From Candidatus Omnitrophota bacterium (GTDB lineage Bacteria; Omnitrophota; Omnitrophia; Omnitrophales; Aquincolibacteriaceae), in the NCBI GenBank assembly GCA_041674705.1, contig JBAYVF010000006.1, positions 23,241-87,240 of the forward strand: 64,000 nt of DNA. The letters are read 5' to 3'. The notes under the pieces are model-generated. The model saw only the letters and a list, made by a program, of their open reading frames with translations. It was not told the origin of the DNA and did no database searches. Shown here piece after piece: positions 51,588 through 64,000 of this stretch; position 1 is the first letter of the stretch, and every line of letters starts with the position of its first letter. A program made the position numbers and the translations under genes.

Positions 51588-52121
51588 ATGAACCATCCAT
51601 CGGGTCAATCTTCGCCGAGGGCTTCCGGCGTTCGAGGGCTCACGATAATTTTACTGGGTCTTTTTTTTGCGGCGGTAGTAATCTTTATTTTCCTTTCAAG
51701 ATCACCGTTGCCGGAAAGGGCCCTTTCAAGAGCGGGACAAGCCGCGGCTGAAAAGCCAATGGGCTCCACACTTTTATCAGAGGCAAGCGCCCCCGAGATT
51801 CTTCAGGAAAAGGATGTCGCTGAAAAATCAGTTTATACTTTAAGTGAAGTGGCCCTTGAGCCGGAGCTTCTTGAAATTCCGGGCGCAGGAGAAGCGGACC
51901 AAAAAAAGTTGGGCTATAATCTCGGCATTGAAGATGTCACTGGCCGGGGGAATGTACGTGCCTCGAATTTAAAGATAGGCGTTGATTATAAGGTATCTAA
52001 AAATTCCTCTGTGGGGATAGAGGCGAGACAGGGAGTCCACGATACGCAAGATGCCGCAGCCTGGGGAGCGTCGGTGGATGACGAGACTGCGGCCCGGGCT
52101 AAATACAAACTATCGTTCTGA
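51588..52121 (+). CDS. hypothetical protein with N-terminal TM/signal anchor and OMP-like C-terminal YKLSF
   Basis: GLTIILLGLFFAAVVIFIFL hydrophobic segment. The terminal aromatic residue resembles a beta-barrel sorting signal. Confidence 0.4.
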   Translation: MNHPSGQSSPRASGVRGLTIILLGLFFAAVVIFIFLSRSPLPERALSRAGQAAAEKPMGSTLLSEASAPEILQEKDVAEKSVYTLSEVALEPELLEIPGAGEADQKKLGYNLGIEDVTGRGNVRASNLKIGVDYKVSKNSSVGIEARQGVHDTQDAAAWGASVDDETAARAKYKLSF

Positions 52122-52147
52122 TCCGATCTTTTTAAACGGAGATTTTA

Positions 52148-52540
52148 ATGACCTACTTTAAAGTTGTGAGCATCGTGTTGGGAGGTTGGATGGTCGCCGG
52201 AGGCTTGTGGGCTGTTTTGGGATCGGAAAGCCTGAAGCAACTTGTTGTGAGGCTTTATCCTGAAGCGCGGCCCCGTTGGATGAAGCCCGCCGGGGCGCTG
52301 GTGCTTGCGCTTGTGTTATGGACCTGGGCGGAGTTCGTGAAGACTGTGAATATGGAGAATTTTGTGGTGACGCTTGTGGTGAGCCTTGGGCTCGTCAAGA
52401 TGGTGCCGCTCGTCTTCCTTTATAAGAAGTCCCGGGAGTTCCTGATGGCGCTTACGGCGGAGCCACTCGCGTTCCGTGTCGTGGTCCTCAGCTCCGCTGC
52501 CGTGGGTCTGGCGCTTTTGATGATGGGGCTATTCTTTTAA
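52148..52540 (+). CDS. hypothetical integral membrane protein (130 aa, 4 TM)
   Basis: ORF with a GGAG-like SD (aaacggag). Hydrophobic throughout. Confidence 0.45.
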   Translation: MTYFKVVSIVLGGWMVAGGLWAVLGSESLKQLVVRLYPEARPRWMKPAGALVLALVLWTWAEFVKTVNMENFVVTLVVSLGLVKMVPLVFLYKKSREFLMALTAEPLAFRVVVLSSAAVGLALLMMGLFF

Positions 52541-52565
52541 TTCTCAGGGCTGCAGGTCTGGGTTC

Positions 52566-52596
52566 CCTGACTTTTTATTTCTTCAAGGAAGTCAGG
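52566..52596. terminator. hairpin between convergent genes (52148-52540 and atpC)
   Basis: cctgactt-tttatttcttcaagg-aagtcagg. Confidence 0.45.
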
Positions 52597-52613
52597 ACAA
52601 CCACGACTTTCCA

Positions 52614-54297
<1,684 letters not shown>

Positions 54298-54307
54298 TTA
54301 GAATGTC

Positions 54308-54376
54308 GCAAAGTCACAACGTCACCAAGTCACCGCGTCGTCTTTGTGACTTTGTGTCCTGGTGACTTTGTCACGT
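54308..54376. repeat. word-repeat palindromic element, GTCACCAAG family, between atpD and atpG
   Basis: gcaaagtcacaacgtcaccaagtcacc ... tttgtgactttgtgtcctggtgactttgtcac. The right arm overlaps the atpG stop. Confidence 0.7.
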
Positions 54377-55240
54377 GGTCTTTAGGGCTTGTGAGCCCGA
54401 AACGATTTCAATAAGTTCTTTGGTGATCGCTGCCTGCCGGATCTTATTTCTCAAGAGGACAAGCGTGTCGATCAGTTCTTTCGCGTTCTCAGTCGCCTGA
54501 TGCATGGCATTCATGCGCGCCATGTGTTCCGAGATCATGGATTCCATGAAGATCATCCGCATTTTAGCCGCAAAGACGATCGGGACGAGCCGTGCGAACA
54601 AAGCTTCACGGCTAGGCTCCAGGATGTAAGGACTGGATGTCTCAAGACGTTCGCCCGCGGTTGCTTTCAACGGGAACGGCAGGAGTTTTTCTGTTGTGAC
54701 GTGATAAACCGACCGACCCGTGAAATGAGGGTAAATGGCGTAGACTGCGTCGACCTTTTTTTCGGAAAAAAGGTCTTCGATCAAAAGACCGATCTCCGTG
54801 ATCATAAATTCAAAGGGGACCGCGTGAGTGTCTGGGAAGTCCTGGAACCATGTGTGACCGGCCCGCGAAAGAGCGTTCACGCCGATTTTTCCGACACCCA
54901 CAAGAACCTGTGTTTTGGGGTTGGTTTGCAAAAACTTTTTGGCTTCTCCGACAAGAACGTGATTGTAGGAACCGCAAAGACCGGTGTCGGAGGTGATCAC
55001 CAGAAGCGCCGACTTTTTTTCTTCGCGCTTTTCAAGCAAAGGATGTTCGAGCGGCATATCCGCGCTGAGCAACCGATTCAGGATCCCCTCCAAAGCCTCG
55101 GCATAAGGAGTGGCCTGTTCGCGCAGTTTTTGAAAGCGTTTAAGCTTTGACGCGGCCACCATTTCCATGGCGCGTGTGATCTTTTGGGTGTTTTCAACAC
55201 CGCGGATCCTGTTTTTGAGTGCTCGCAGTTGGCCTGACAT
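54371..55240 (-). CDS. atpG: F1 ATP synthase subunit gamma
   Basis: LKNRIRGVENTQKITRAMEMVAASKLKR and C-terminal ITKELIEIVSG. Confidence 0.95.
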   Translation of the reverse strand: MSGQLRALKNRIRGVENTQKITRAMEMVAASKLKRFQKLREQATPYAEALEGILNRLLSADMPLEHPLLEKREEKKSALLVITSDTGLCGSYNHVLVGEAKKFLQTNPKTQVLVGVGKIGVNALSRAGHTWFQDFPDTHAVPFEFMITEIGLLIEDLFSEKKVDAVYAIYPHFTGRSVYHVTTEKLLPFPLKATAGERLETSSPYILEPSREALFARLVPIVFAAKMRMIFMESMISEHMARMNAMHQATENAKELIDTLVLLRNKIRQAAITKELIEIVSGSQALKTT

Positions 55241-55276
55241 TTTTCCGATTCTCGGGGGACAGGGGCCGTTCCCCGG

Positions 55277-56779
55277 TTATTTAAAAATGCTTTTGAATTT
55301 TACGATCGCTCGCTTTAGATTCTCTTTTAACGTGTCGGAAAGGACTTTTTTCTCCGCGATCTCCATGAAGATCTCCGGATAATCCTTGTCGATGAAATTC
55401 AGAAGCCCTTTTTCAAAATTCCGGACTTGAAAAACAGGAATGTCGTCCAGCAATCCCTCATTTCCAGAGAAAATGCTCACGACTTGGCTTTCAAGAGGAA
55501 GCGGCTGCAGGTCGGTCTGTTTCAGGATCTCGACCATGCGCTCGCCGCGCGTAAGCTGATCCTTGGTGGCTTTGTCGAGGTCCGTCGCGAGTTGGGCGAA
55601 GGCCTGAAGTTCGCGGTACTGGGCGAGAGCGAGGCGCAGTGTGCCCGCGACTTGTTTCATGGCTTTCGTCTGGGCATTCCCGCCGACACGTGAAACCGAA
55701 AGCCCGACGTTAATAGCGGGGCGCACGCCCGCATAAAAAAGATCCCCCTCCAGATAGATCTGTCCGTCCGTGATCGAGATGACGTTTGTCGGGATATAAG
55801 CTGAAATGTCTCCCAGTTGGGTTTCAATCACAGGAAGCGCGGTCAGCGAGCCGCCGCCCAGGTCTTCGCGCATTTTGGCCGCGCGTTCAAGCAGACGCGA
55901 ATGAAGATAAAACACATCTCCCGGATACGCTTCTCGTCCCGGCGGTCGTTGTAAAAGAAGCGAGATTTCCCGGTAAGCGACGGCATGTTTGGAAAGATCG
56001 TCATACATCACCAAGGCATGCTTGCCGGTGAACATGGATTCTTCGCCGATCGCGGCGCCGGCATAAGGCGCGAGATATTGAAGGGGAGCCGGATCGTCGG
56101 AAGAAGCCGAGACGATCGTGGTGTATTCCATGGCGCCGTGTTTTTCAAGCGTCTCCGTGAGCGCCACAACGCTCGAGAGTTTTTGGCCGATCGCGACATA
56201 AATGCAATGAACGCCGGTGGTCTTTTGATTAAGGATCGCGTCGATCAGGATGGCGGTCTTACCAGTCTGGCGATCGCCAATGATGAGTTCGCGCTGGCCG
56301 CGACCGATCGGGATCATAGCGTCAATGGACTTGATACCGGTCTGGAGCGGTTCTTTTACCGGCTGGCGCTGGACGACGGACGGGGGCAGGGATTCGATCG
56401 GGCGTGTTTTTTTTGCAACGATCGGGCCTTTTCCATCCAGTGGCTCTCCGAGCGGGTTGATGACGCGGCCTTTTAACGCCTCACCGACAGGGACTTGGGC
56501 GATCTTGCCTGTGCGTTTGACCTGATCGCCTTCTTTGATGGTGCGGCCTTCGCCGAGAATCACCACTCCGACATGATGCGGCTCCAGATTGAGCACGAGA
56601 CCCGTCGTTCCATCGTGGAATGTGACGAGCTCGCCGGCCATGGCTTCGTCCAGCCCATAAACGCGGGCAATCCCGTCGCCCACTTGTAGGACATAACCCA
56701 CGGATTGCATTTCGAGTTTCGTTTCGTATTTCTGGATCTCTTTTTGAATGGCTTGCGTGACTTCTTCGGGTTTAAGCAT
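55277..56779 (-). CDS. atpA: F1 ATP synthase subunit alpha
   Basis: [10 protein letters not shown]-loop. 500 aa. Confidence 0.97.
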   Translation of the reverse strand: MLKPEEVTQAIQKEIQKYETKLEMQSVGYVLQVGDGIARVYGLDEAMAGELVTFHDGTTGLVLNLEPHHVGVVILGEGRTIKEGDQVKRTGKIAQVPVGEALKGRVINPLGEPLDGKGPIVAKKTRPIESLPPSVVQRQPVKEPLQTGIKSIDAMIPIGRGQRELIIGDRQTGKTAILIDAILNQKTTGVHCIYVAIGQKLSSVVALTETLEKHGAMEYTTIVSASSDDPAPLQYLAPYAGAAIGEESMFTGKHALVMYDDLSKHAVAYREISLLLQRPPGREAYPGDVFYLHSRLLERAAKMREDLGGGSLTALPVIETQLGDISAYIPTNVISITDGQIYLEGDLFYAGVRPAINVGLSVSRVGGNAQTKAMKQVAGTLRLALAQYRELQAFAQLATDLDKATKDQLTRGERMVEILKQTDLQPLPLESQVVSIFSGNEGLLDDIPVFQVRNFEKGLLNFIDKDYPEIFMEIAEKKVLSDTLKENLKRAIVKFKSIFK

Positions 56780-57339
56780 TATAAAATTCCCTCTGTTTCC
56801 ATATTTGCAAAAAGTTTTTGTTGGATCTCATGAAGACGATTTTTGAAACTGCAATCGATCTCTTTACCGTCAAAGCGCAGGATGAATCCACCCAAGATGC
56901 CGCGATCGGTCCGGGGGATGAGGCGGATCTCGGAGCGAAATTTTTTTGTGAGCGCGGTCTTGAATCTCCCCATAGCTTCAGAAGAAAACGGTACGGCGGA
57001 GAGCATCTCGACTTCCTGAACGCCTTGTTTTTTCTCAAAGCGTTCATGAAACATTCTTTCGATGTTCGGCACAAGCGCAAATCGTTTTTTGTCGATCAAA
57101 ACACGGAGAAATCGTTGCAAGAGCCCTGTTTTCCCCCCAGCGAGAGCGCTTAACGCCAGCGCGTATTTTTCCGGGCTTGTAAGCGTGGGATTGGCCATGA
57201 GGAGCAGGATCTTCGGCTGAGCTTCCAGACTCTTGGCAAGCGCATGAAGCCCGGCGTCTATTTCGACGAGACGGCCTTCTTTTTCTGCAAGCTCAAAAAG
57301 GGCGCGGGTATAACGGCCCGCAGCGATCGTGTCGCTCAT
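56779..57339 (-). CDS. atpH: F1 ATP synthase subunit delta (OSCP)
   Basis: [13 protein letters not shown]-terminus, operon position, 186 aa. Confidence 0.85.
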   Translation of the reverse strand: MSDTIAAGRYTRALFELAEKEGRLVEIDAGLHALAKSLEAQPKILLLMANPTLTSPEKYALALSALAGGKTGLLQRFLRVLIDKKRFALVPNIERMFHERFEKKQGVQEVEMLSAVPFSSEAMGRFKTALTKKFRSEIRLIPRTDRGILGGFILRFDGKEIDCSFKNRLHEIQQKLFANMETEGIL

Positions 57340-57836
57340 GGTTTTTTCTCGAGTTCCCCGAGAATTTCGAGGGCTTTTTTCTCTTGTTCGGCGCCGTCCA
57401 TCTTTTCCGTCAGGATCTTTTCTGCGACGCGGATCGAAAGACTGGCGATCTCCTGGCGGAGCGTGACCCGCGCTTTCTCGATCTCAAGTTCGATATTCGC
57501 TTTTGCTTTTTCAAACGAGGTCTGGGACTCCAGCCGCGCCTTTTCTTGGATCTCCCGCGCGAGATGGCGTCCTTCCCGAACCGCTTCCTGCATCTTGGCG
57601 CGGGCTTCTTCCTCGATCTTCTGGAGATGCGCGAGGTAATCTTTTTGCAATGTCGCAACCTCTCGTTTGGTTTTCTCGATTCCGCTCCATTCGCTTTCGA
57701 AGCGTTCGCGCCGGGACCGGATGATCGCCAGAAGCGGTTTCCAGGCGAACTTCTTGAGCACAGCGAAAACGATCAAGAAGGCGACGAGCTGGACCAAGAC
57801 CTCTGAGAGATGGATGTTTTCTTGAAAGAATTCCAT
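57336..57836 (-). CDS. atpF: Fo ATP synthase subunit b
   Basis: Single N-terminal TM followed by a long charged helix. Operon position. Confidence 0.85.
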   Translation of the reverse strand: MEFFQENIHLSEVLVQLVAFLIVFAVLKKFAWKPLLAIIRSRRERFESEWSGIEKTKREVATLQKDYLAHLQKIEEEARAKMQEAVREGRHLAREIQEKARLESQTSFEKAKANIELEIEKARVTLRQEIASLSIRVAEKILTEKMDGAEQEKKALEILGELEKKP

Positions 57837-57849
57837 AAACGTTTGGGAG

Positions 57850-58080
57850 TTAGATCTTTCCCATCAGTACGAATCCGAAGATCAACACATAAAGCGTTAA
57901 CGCTTCGATCAGCGCGCAACCCGCCATCATGTTGACCAGGATCTTTTGAGAAGCTTCGGGTTGGCGGCCGGTGGCGTCCATCGCGGAGGCGACGGCTTTC
58001 CCGAGGCCCAGCGCCGATCCAAACGCCGTGATGGCGAGTCCGATCGGAAGTGCGAAACCTAGTGCGACATGTGAATCCAT
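57850..58080 (-). CDS. atpE: Fo ATP synthase subunit c
   Basis: 76-aa hairpin. GRQPE loop and the ion-binding Glu in ALIEALTLY. Confidence 0.95.
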   Translation of the reverse strand: MDSHVALGFALPIGLAITAFGSALGLGKAVASAMDATGRQPEASQKILVNMMAGCALIEALTLYVLIFGFVLMGKI

Positions 58081-58091
58081 AGTGATTCTCC

Positions 58092-58952
58092 TTACGTTGA
58101 GGGTGAATGAACAGAACCAGATGCTTTTTCGGATGCCGCAACAGGGTCCTCGTCATGATCATGCGGCAGGATCAATGAAATATACACGGTTGAGAGCAAA
58201 AGGAAAACAAAAGCTTGGATAAAACTGAAGAGGATGACGAGGACATTGGCGAAAAGCTGGAAAAAGAATGGGAGCCAATAATACATGACGTTAAGTTCCG
58301 CGAATTTATAAAGCAGCTTGTCCTCGCTTGAGACATTGGCGAAAAGACGAAGCGAGAGGCTTAAAGGGACGGCAAAGAACTCGATGCTTAAATTGATAAC
58401 GAGCATGAGGGGCATCAGCACAAGTCCCAGGATCCCAACCGGGTTTCCAGCGAGATGTTTCGCGTAGTTGACGAAGCCATGTTCCTTGATGCCAACCCAT
58501 TGAATATAGACCGTGGTGATGAGCGCCAAGGCGATCGTCGTGCTCCATGTGCCGGTGGGTGATTTCATCAAAGGGATAAGCCCCAGCCAATTCTGGAGAA
58601 GAATATAAATGAAAAGCGTTCCGAGGAAGGGGACATGTTCCATACCCCGGGGTCCGAGGATGCCGGTGACGAATTCGGCGAGACCTTCCATGACGATCTC
58701 CCAGCGGTTTTGAAGACCTTGGGGGATGAAGGCTTTTTTTCGAGCAGCGCGAATGGATTGAAGTGTGATAAAGCCAAGGATTAAAAACGAAAAAATGAGA
58801 TTTTCCCAGGAAAATAAAAAATGAACAAAATGGGATTTTGGGAAAAAATGCTCCAGGACGGTGATCAGGTTCGGAAGTTCCTCGGCGGCTTTTTCCTGGA
58901 CCTGGGCCACGGCTTGCACGGCGGTTGTCACATTCTGTTCAGTGATGCTCAT
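58092..58952 (-). CDS. atpB: Fo ATP synthase subunit a
   Basis: LSLRLFANV (essential Arg block). Polytopic, 286 aa. Confidence 0.9.
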   Translation of the reverse strand: MSITEQNVTTAVQAVAQVQEKAAEELPNLITVLEHFFPKSHFVHFLFSWENLIFSFLILGFITLQSIRAARKKAFIPQGLQNRWEIVMEGLAEFVTGILGPRGMEHVPFLGTLFIYILLQNWLGLIPLMKSPTGTWSTTIALALITTVYIQWVGIKEHGFVNYAKHLAGNPVGILGLVLMPLMLVINLSIEFFAVPLSLSLRLFANVSSEDKLLYKFAELNVMYYWLPFFFQLFANVLVILFSFIQAFVFLLLSTVYISLILPHDHDEDPVAASEKASGSVHSPST

Positions 58953-59194
58953 AAATCCTTTTTCTCGCTTCCTTTATATAGAAGCCTCAGGATTCGTACG
59001 GTTTGGATGGCCGAGCCGACGAGTCCTAGAAGCACAAACGCCAGGGTGGTGCCAGGGGCCCAGCCCCGTTTTGAGATCAACCATTGGCTGATCAAATAAC
59101 CCGCCAAAGGACCGCTCAGGAGGATCGTGGGCAGGGTGAGTGCCAGTCCGAGCATCCAAAAAAGCTTCCGAAGATCTTTCTTGATGGTGTCCAA
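58949..59194 (-). CDS. AtpZ/AtpI-like small membrane protein
   Basis: 81 aa, 2 TM, located immediately upstream of atpB with an overlap. Confidence 0.55.
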   Translation of the reverse strand: MDTIKKDLRKLFWMLGLALTLPTILLSGPLAGYLISQWLISKRGWAPGTTLAFVLLGLVGSAIQTVRILRLLYKGSEKKDL

Positions 59195-59295
59195 GGGATC
59201 CGGGGTGGGTTCTCACCCAACGCATGCGTGCTTTTAGTCAAAAAACTTGTTGGGCGATATTATCTTGCAAATCATATTTCTTTGCAAGGCAAGAT

Positions 59296-59367
59296 GCGCG
59301 TACGGCGAAAGGCGTACGGCGTAACGCGATTAACTTTTGCCGTACTCTCTGCGCCTTCCGCCGTGCG
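59296..59367. repeat. word-repeat palindromic element, GTACGGCG family (divergent region atp operon / 59438 gene)
   Basis: gcgcgtacggcgaaaggcgtacggcg ... gccgtactctctgcgccttccgccgtgcg. It shares gcgccttccgccgt with the 13762 copy. Confidence 0.65.
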
Positions 59368-59437
59368 AAGATAAATTTTATTCTGGATTTTATGATCTTC
59401 TGCCGATACAGTAGTTCACTGGGAGGCATAGAAAATT

Positions 59438-60193
59438 ATGTTCAAAGGACTTTTCAAGCTCATCTTCGGACTGATACGCCTGGCGTTTTTTCTCGTTTTA
59501 TTGATGGTTATTTTTCACACCTGGGCGATCAAGCAAGCCCTTACGTTTACGCTGAGTTATCAGCTGGGCGCGGATGTCTCGATTCAGAATGTGAAAATGG
59601 ACTGGAAGAATACCGGGTTTGAGGTCCAGGGCCTGGAGATCGGGAATCCCTACAGTTTTCCCCGGGGGATTTTGGCGGATATCCCGCTTGTGATTATTTC
59701 TGTGGATCTTCCGAGCATCTCCCAGGGTGTTTTACGGCTCAAAACCGTGGGATTTGACCTCCGGGAGCTTCAGGTGATGAACGTTCCGCAGAAGGGTTTG
59801 AATGTCTTAGAGTTGAAGCCATTAAAGAAAAGCAATGAAGAGCGTTCTTCTTCGCGAGAGGCCGTTCGAACCCAGATCAAAAGATATACGCCCGAAGTGA
59901 TGATCGACGAGCTTATCTTTTCCATCGGAGATATCAGCTACTTGGATACGACGGGTGCTTCCATGAAACAAAATCGTTACCGGGCCGGGATCCGCGGGGC
60001 GACTTATTACAATATTCGCGGAACCCAGGATATGACCGCGATCGTGGTGGGGGAGGCTTTAAAAAAAATGGGCTTGGGTTATCTTGAATCGCAATTCAAA
60101 AATCTCCAAAGTCGCGCCGTTTCCTCCGCGGTAAAAAAGAGCGGTCTCTTTGGCCGGGTGATGGAAGCCTTGAGCGGGAATTCCGCAAGCTAA
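59438..60193 (+). CDS. hypothetical membrane-anchored protein (251 aa)
   Basis: N-terminal TM FKLIFGLIRLAFFLVLLMVIF. No family recognised. Confidence 0.45.
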   Translation: MFKGLFKLIFGLIRLAFFLVLLMVIFHTWAIKQALTFTLSYQLGADVSIQNVKMDWKNTGFEVQGLEIGNPYSFPRGILADIPLVIISVDLPSISQGVLRLKTVGFDLRELQVMNVPQKGLNVLELKPLKKSNEERSSSREAVRTQIKRYTPEVMIDELIFSIGDISYLDTTGASMKQNRYRAGIRGATYYNIRGTQDMTAIVVGEALKKMGLGYLESQFKNLQSRAVSSAVKKSGLFGRVMEALSGNSAS

Positions 60194-60330
60194 CCTCGTA
60201 ACTCCTTTCAAGAAAACAAGTTAGGAGCATCCATTCGAAGGCAAGGGGGCTTGTTTTCCAGGAGTTCGAGCTGTGTTTTAGAGGCTGCCGGGTTCAGGAA
60301 AAAAGCAGCCAAAAGATTTTTTTAAAAAGC

Positions 60331-60358
60331 TTGACACGATTTTCTTTTTCACTAGAAT
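60331..60358 (+). promoter_or_regulatory. candidate strong promoter for tRNA-Thr/tuf (TTGACA-16-TAGAAT with A/T-rich UP-like tract)
   Basis: aaaagatttttttaaaaagcTTGACAcgattttctttttcacTAGAAT. Confidence 0.5.
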
Positions 60359-60504
60359 GTCCACTCTTTCCTTGGGAGAGCTGTCTCCGCTTAGGGTGAT
60401 TTCTGTCTTCAAATGCGGATGTTTTTTAAAGGAAAAAAGCTTTTTATTTTTGCTGTGGTGAAAGTGTCGTAGCGAGCGATCGAAAGCGCTGAGCAGGATC
60501 AAGC

Positions 60505-60577
60505 GCTGGAGTAGCTCAGTTGGTAGAGCACATCCTTGGTAAGGATGAGGTCCTGGGTTCAATTCCCAGCTCCAGCT
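60505..60577 (+). tRNA. tRNA-Thr(GGT)
   Basis: Hand-folded: acceptor GCTGGAG/CTCCAGC, D-arm GCTC-AGTTGGTA-GAGC, anticodon arm CATCC-TTGGTAA-GGATG, T-arm CTGGG-TTCAATT-CCCAG. Confidence 0.9.
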
Positions 60578-60617
60578 TAGGATGCGAAAAACAAAACCTC
60601 AATAAGGGAGAACTTAT

Positions 60618-61817
<1,200 letters not shown>

Positions 61818-61827
61818 CATCTCGTTC

Positions 61828-61866
61828 GTCCCAATTTGCAATGAAATTTAAAATGAAAATTGGGAC
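61828..61866. repeat. CCCAAT-type hairpin directly after tuf
   Basis: gtcccaattt-gcaatgaaatttaaaatga-aaattgggac. Confidence 0.55.
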
Positions 61867-62053
61867 AGCACTGATTTCCGATTAGAAACTAATAGAAAAT
61901 CAGGCGGCCACAAATCCTAGCATTTTTTGGCGAAGCCCTGCAGGCTGTAAGACGTTTATTTTCGCCGTAAGAGGTCTTACAAGCCGAAATCATTATTTGA
62001 AAGCCGTGTTTTTTCCGCGGTTTTTTTAAGACAAAGGAAAAGGTTTTATTTCG

Positions 62054-62203
62054 ATGCAAGAGATTATTTCCCTCATGTCGACCTGCGATCATAAGTCGAC
62101 TTATTGGACACGAAAAAACAAAAAACAGAATCCAGACAAGATCGAGCGGAAGAAGTATTGCCCGAGCTGTCGGAAGCGTGTCCTGTTTCGGGAGAAGAAA
62201 TAA
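62054..62203 (+). CDS. rpmG: 50S ribosomal protein L33
   Basis: Below the ORF-track cut-off. MQEIISLMSTCDHKSTYWTRKNKKQNPDKIERKKYCPSCRKRVLFREKK matches the L33 pattern ..Y.T.KNK.N.P.K.E.KKYCP.CRK...H.E.K. Canonical position before tRNA-Trp/secE. Confidence 0.85.
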   Translation: MQEIISLMSTCDHKSTYWTRKNKKQNPDKIERKKYCPSCRKRVLFREKK

Positions 62204-62228
62204 GCTTTTTCGGAGCCACACGGGACAG

Positions 62229-62302
62229 AGGCCTGTAGCTCCAATTGGTAGAGCGGCGGTCTCCAAAACCGCATGTTGCAGGTTCGAGTCCTGCCAGGCC
62301 TG
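62229..62302 (+). tRNA. tRNA-Trp(CCA)
   Basis: Hand-folded: acceptor AGGCCTG/CAGGCCT, anticodon arm GCGGT-CTCCAAA-ACCGC, T-arm GCAGG-TTCGAGT-CCTGC. Confidence 0.9.
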
Positions 62303-62501
62303 TTTTGCAAGGCTGTTTTGGCAGGAGGAGAAGGGAGTCCCTGCTGTCAAACATGACATGCCGTCATGTTTGAAGGGACGGGTGGCCGACCCGGAGCGCG
62401 TAGCGAAGGGCGCCGAGTCCCCGACGAAGGCGGGCAAGCTGCCAGGCCTGTTTTAAATACGGGCGGTACATTGGGACTCGAAACAACGCGAGGATGTTCA
62501 A

Positions 62502-62684
62502 GTGCAAAAAGCAACGAATTTTTTTCGGGAAACGCAGCAGGAGCTCAAAAAAGTCACCTGGCCGACTTGGAATGAGTTGTGGCAGGCGGCTACGGTAGTC
62601 ATTATTGTGACTTTCCTCACTTCCGCGTTCATCGCGGGCGTGGATTTCTGCATCTCGAATATCCTCCGGATGTTGATCAGTTAA
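62502..62684 (+). CDS. secE: preprotein translocase subunit SecE
   Basis: GTG start with GAGGA SD. FFRETQQELKKVTWP plus a single TM. Canonical position. Confidence 0.9.
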   Translation: MQKATNFFRETQQELKKVTWPTWNELWQAATVVIIVTFLTSAFIAGVDFCISNILRMLIS

Positions 62685-62688
62685 ATTT

Positions 62689-63222
62689 ATGGCCGACGCA
62701 AAGTGGTATGTAGTTCATACACAGACAGGCGTGGAAAATAAGGCTCGCGCGAGCTTGATCAGTCACGCGGAGACCGCGGGGCTTCCGCACTTGATCCATG
62801 AAGTGTTGATCCCGCTTGAAAAGGTCAGCGAAGTCAAGGGCGGCAAGAAAAGGATCAGCGAGAGGAAATTTTTTCCCGGCTATATTCTGGTCAAGATGGA
62901 ATTGACCGATGAGAGTTGGTACCTGGTTCGCAACACGCCGGGGATTTCTGGATTTATCGGGTCGGGAAAGAATCCGATCCCGCTCACGGAAAAAGAAGTC
63001 AACGCGATCATCCTTGAGCAGGAAGAAAAGCAGACGAAGCCGAAGCCGAAAGTTGAATTCGAAGAAGGCGAGAGCGTCCGGGTCAAAGAGGGCTCTTTCG
63101 CGAATTTTAATGGCACGATCGAACAGATCAATCCGGACCGCGGAAAAATGCGCGTGCTCGTCACGATCTTCGGCCGGCCGACACCCGTCGAACTTGAATA
63201 CTGGCAAGTAGAAAAGATCTAA
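62689..63222 (+). CDS. nusG: transcription termination/antitermination protein NusG
   Basis: [18 protein letters not shown] domain and C-terminal KOW ([21 protein letters not shown]). Confidence 0.95.
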   Translation: MADAKWYVVHTQTGVENKARASLISHAETAGLPHLIHEVLIPLEKVSEVKGGKKRISERKFFPGYILVKMELTDESWYLVRNTPGISGFIGSGKNPIPLTEKEVNAIILEQEEKQTKPKPKVEFEEGESVRVKEGSFANFNGTIEQINPDRGKMRVLVTIFGRPTPVELEYWQVEKI

Positions 63223-63224
63223 AA

Positions 63225-63650
63225 ATGGCAAAAGAAATCAAAACGAAAATTAAATTGCAGATCCCCGGCGGACAAGCCAATCCGGCTCCTCCGATCGGTC
63301 CTGCGCTTGGTCAGCATGGTGTCAACATTATGGAGTTCTGCAAGCAATTCAACGAGCGCACCAAAGACCGTCCGGGCACGATCCTTCCGGTGGTGCTGAC
63401 GGTTTATAAAGACAAGTCCTTTACTTTCATTCTCAAGTCGCCGCCGGTCGCTGCGGAGATCAAAAAAGCTGTGGGGCTTGCGAAGGCTTCTTCGGAGCCC
63501 GGCCGCGTGATCATCGGCAAGATCACCCACGCGCAGGTCATCGAGATCGCGCGGAAAAAAATGGTCGACCTTAATACCACCAAGATCGAAAGCGCGTGCC
63601 GCATTGTGGAAGGCGCGGCTCGCAGCATGGGCATCGAAGTCGTAAAATAA
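63225..63650 (+). CDS. rplK: 50S ribosomal protein L11
   Basis: [34 protein letters not shown]. Confidence 0.97.
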   Translation: MAKEIKTKIKLQIPGGQANPAPPIGPALGQHGVNIMEFCKQFNERTKDRPGTILPVVLTVYKDKSFTFILKSPPVAAEIKKAVGLAKASSEPGRVIIGKITHAQVIEIARKKMVDLNTTKIESACRIVEGAARSMGIEVVK

Positions 63651-63670
63651 AAATTAGAACAGGACAGACG

Positions 63671-64000
63671 ATGAAACGCAGCAAGCGGTATCAAAAACGG
63701 GCAACTCTGGTAGAAGAAGGGAAGCTTTATTCTCTTCCCGAGGCCGTTAAGATCCTCAAAAAAGTTGAAAAAAGCAAAGCGGACGAAACGATTTCTCTTA
63801 GTTTCCAGCTGGGCGTTCGCGCCGAGCAAGGGGATGAGAACGTTCGTGGCACCGTCAGTTTGCCGCATGGTAGCGGCAGGTCCTTGCGCGTGCTTTGTTT
63901 TGCTAAAGGCGAGAGCGCCCGGGATGCCGAAACGGCCGGAGCGGATTTTGTCGGAGCCGAAGAGCTTGTGGAAAAAGTGAAGAACGGTTTTCTTGATTTT
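63671..64000 (+). CDS. rplA: 50S ribosomal protein L1 (5' part; runs off window)
   Basis: Not in the track because no stop lies in the window. MKRSKRYQKRATLVEEGKLYSLPEAVKILKKVEKSKADETISLSFQLGV....DENVRGTVSLPHG. Confidence 0.9.
   Translation, partial: MKRSKRYQKRATLVEEGKLYSLPEAVKILKKVEKSKADETISLSFQLGVRAEQGDENVRGTVSLPHGSGRSLRVLCFAKGESARDAETAGADFVGAEELVEKVKNGFLDF

Overview
All calls were made by eye from the sequence and the supplied ORF track. No searches, folding or statistics were run, and domain boundaries are approximate.

The window is a 64-kb stretch of a bacterial chromosome. An LpxL-type acyltransferase and an OMP-like C-terminal signal suggest a diderm. The lineage cannot be assigned from this window. 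About 60 protein genes are tightly packed. There are 4 tRNAs (Ser-CGA, Gly-TCC, Thr-GGT, Trp-CCA) plus one tRNA-Ser-like fragment. I found no rRNA, CRISPR array, transposase or integrase.

Most of the window is conserved housekeeping synteny:
- ino1 plus a CDP-alcohol phosphatidyltransferase
- a folate/purine-themed run: DUF1015, pabB, pabC, purH, folC, mnmE
- nrdJ preceded by NrdR-box-like palindromes
- a CHASE2-GGDEF sensor
- dnaX-recR
- nusA-infB-rbfA-truB-ribF-rpsO-pnp, then dut, ftsK and queH
- a flavin reductase-crcB-DUF190 operon
- a metal-transport cluster: mgtA, a GDT1-like gene and a permease
- a complete F1Fo ATP synthase operon
- tRNA-Thr-tuf-rpmG-tRNA-Trp-secE-nusG-rplK-rplA

Observations that stand out:
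1. An 8.1-kb single ORF encodes a 2,699-aa protein with an export-signal-like N-terminus. It fuses a SelO-like pseudokinase/AMPylase block, a class-I methyltransferase-like block and a radical-SAM core. More than 1,000 further residues are unassignable, and an R-S-E-x-R linker motif recurs.
2. The window is densely colonised by several families of short palindromic or word-repeat elements. They sit in intergenic terminator-like positions. They also sit in frame inside coding sequences: rbfA, ftsK, dnaX, ribF and three sites in the giant ORF. This resembles Rickettsia palindromic elements.
3. An ~86-bp repeat occurs as an outward-facing inverted pair around an 8-kb minus-strand gene block, abutting the start codons of the two flanking genes. 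A third copy lies in the nrdJ leader.
4. An unannotated 27-codon Lys/Cys-rich ORF with a strong SD lies in the metal-transport cluster.
5. dnaX contains an A9 run at the tau/gamma boundary, with immediate stops in both alternative frames.
6. Two tRNA-linked duplications look like insertion scars: a GIY-YIG cassette at a tRNA-Ser-like 5' end, and a 132-nt insert after tRNA-Trp.
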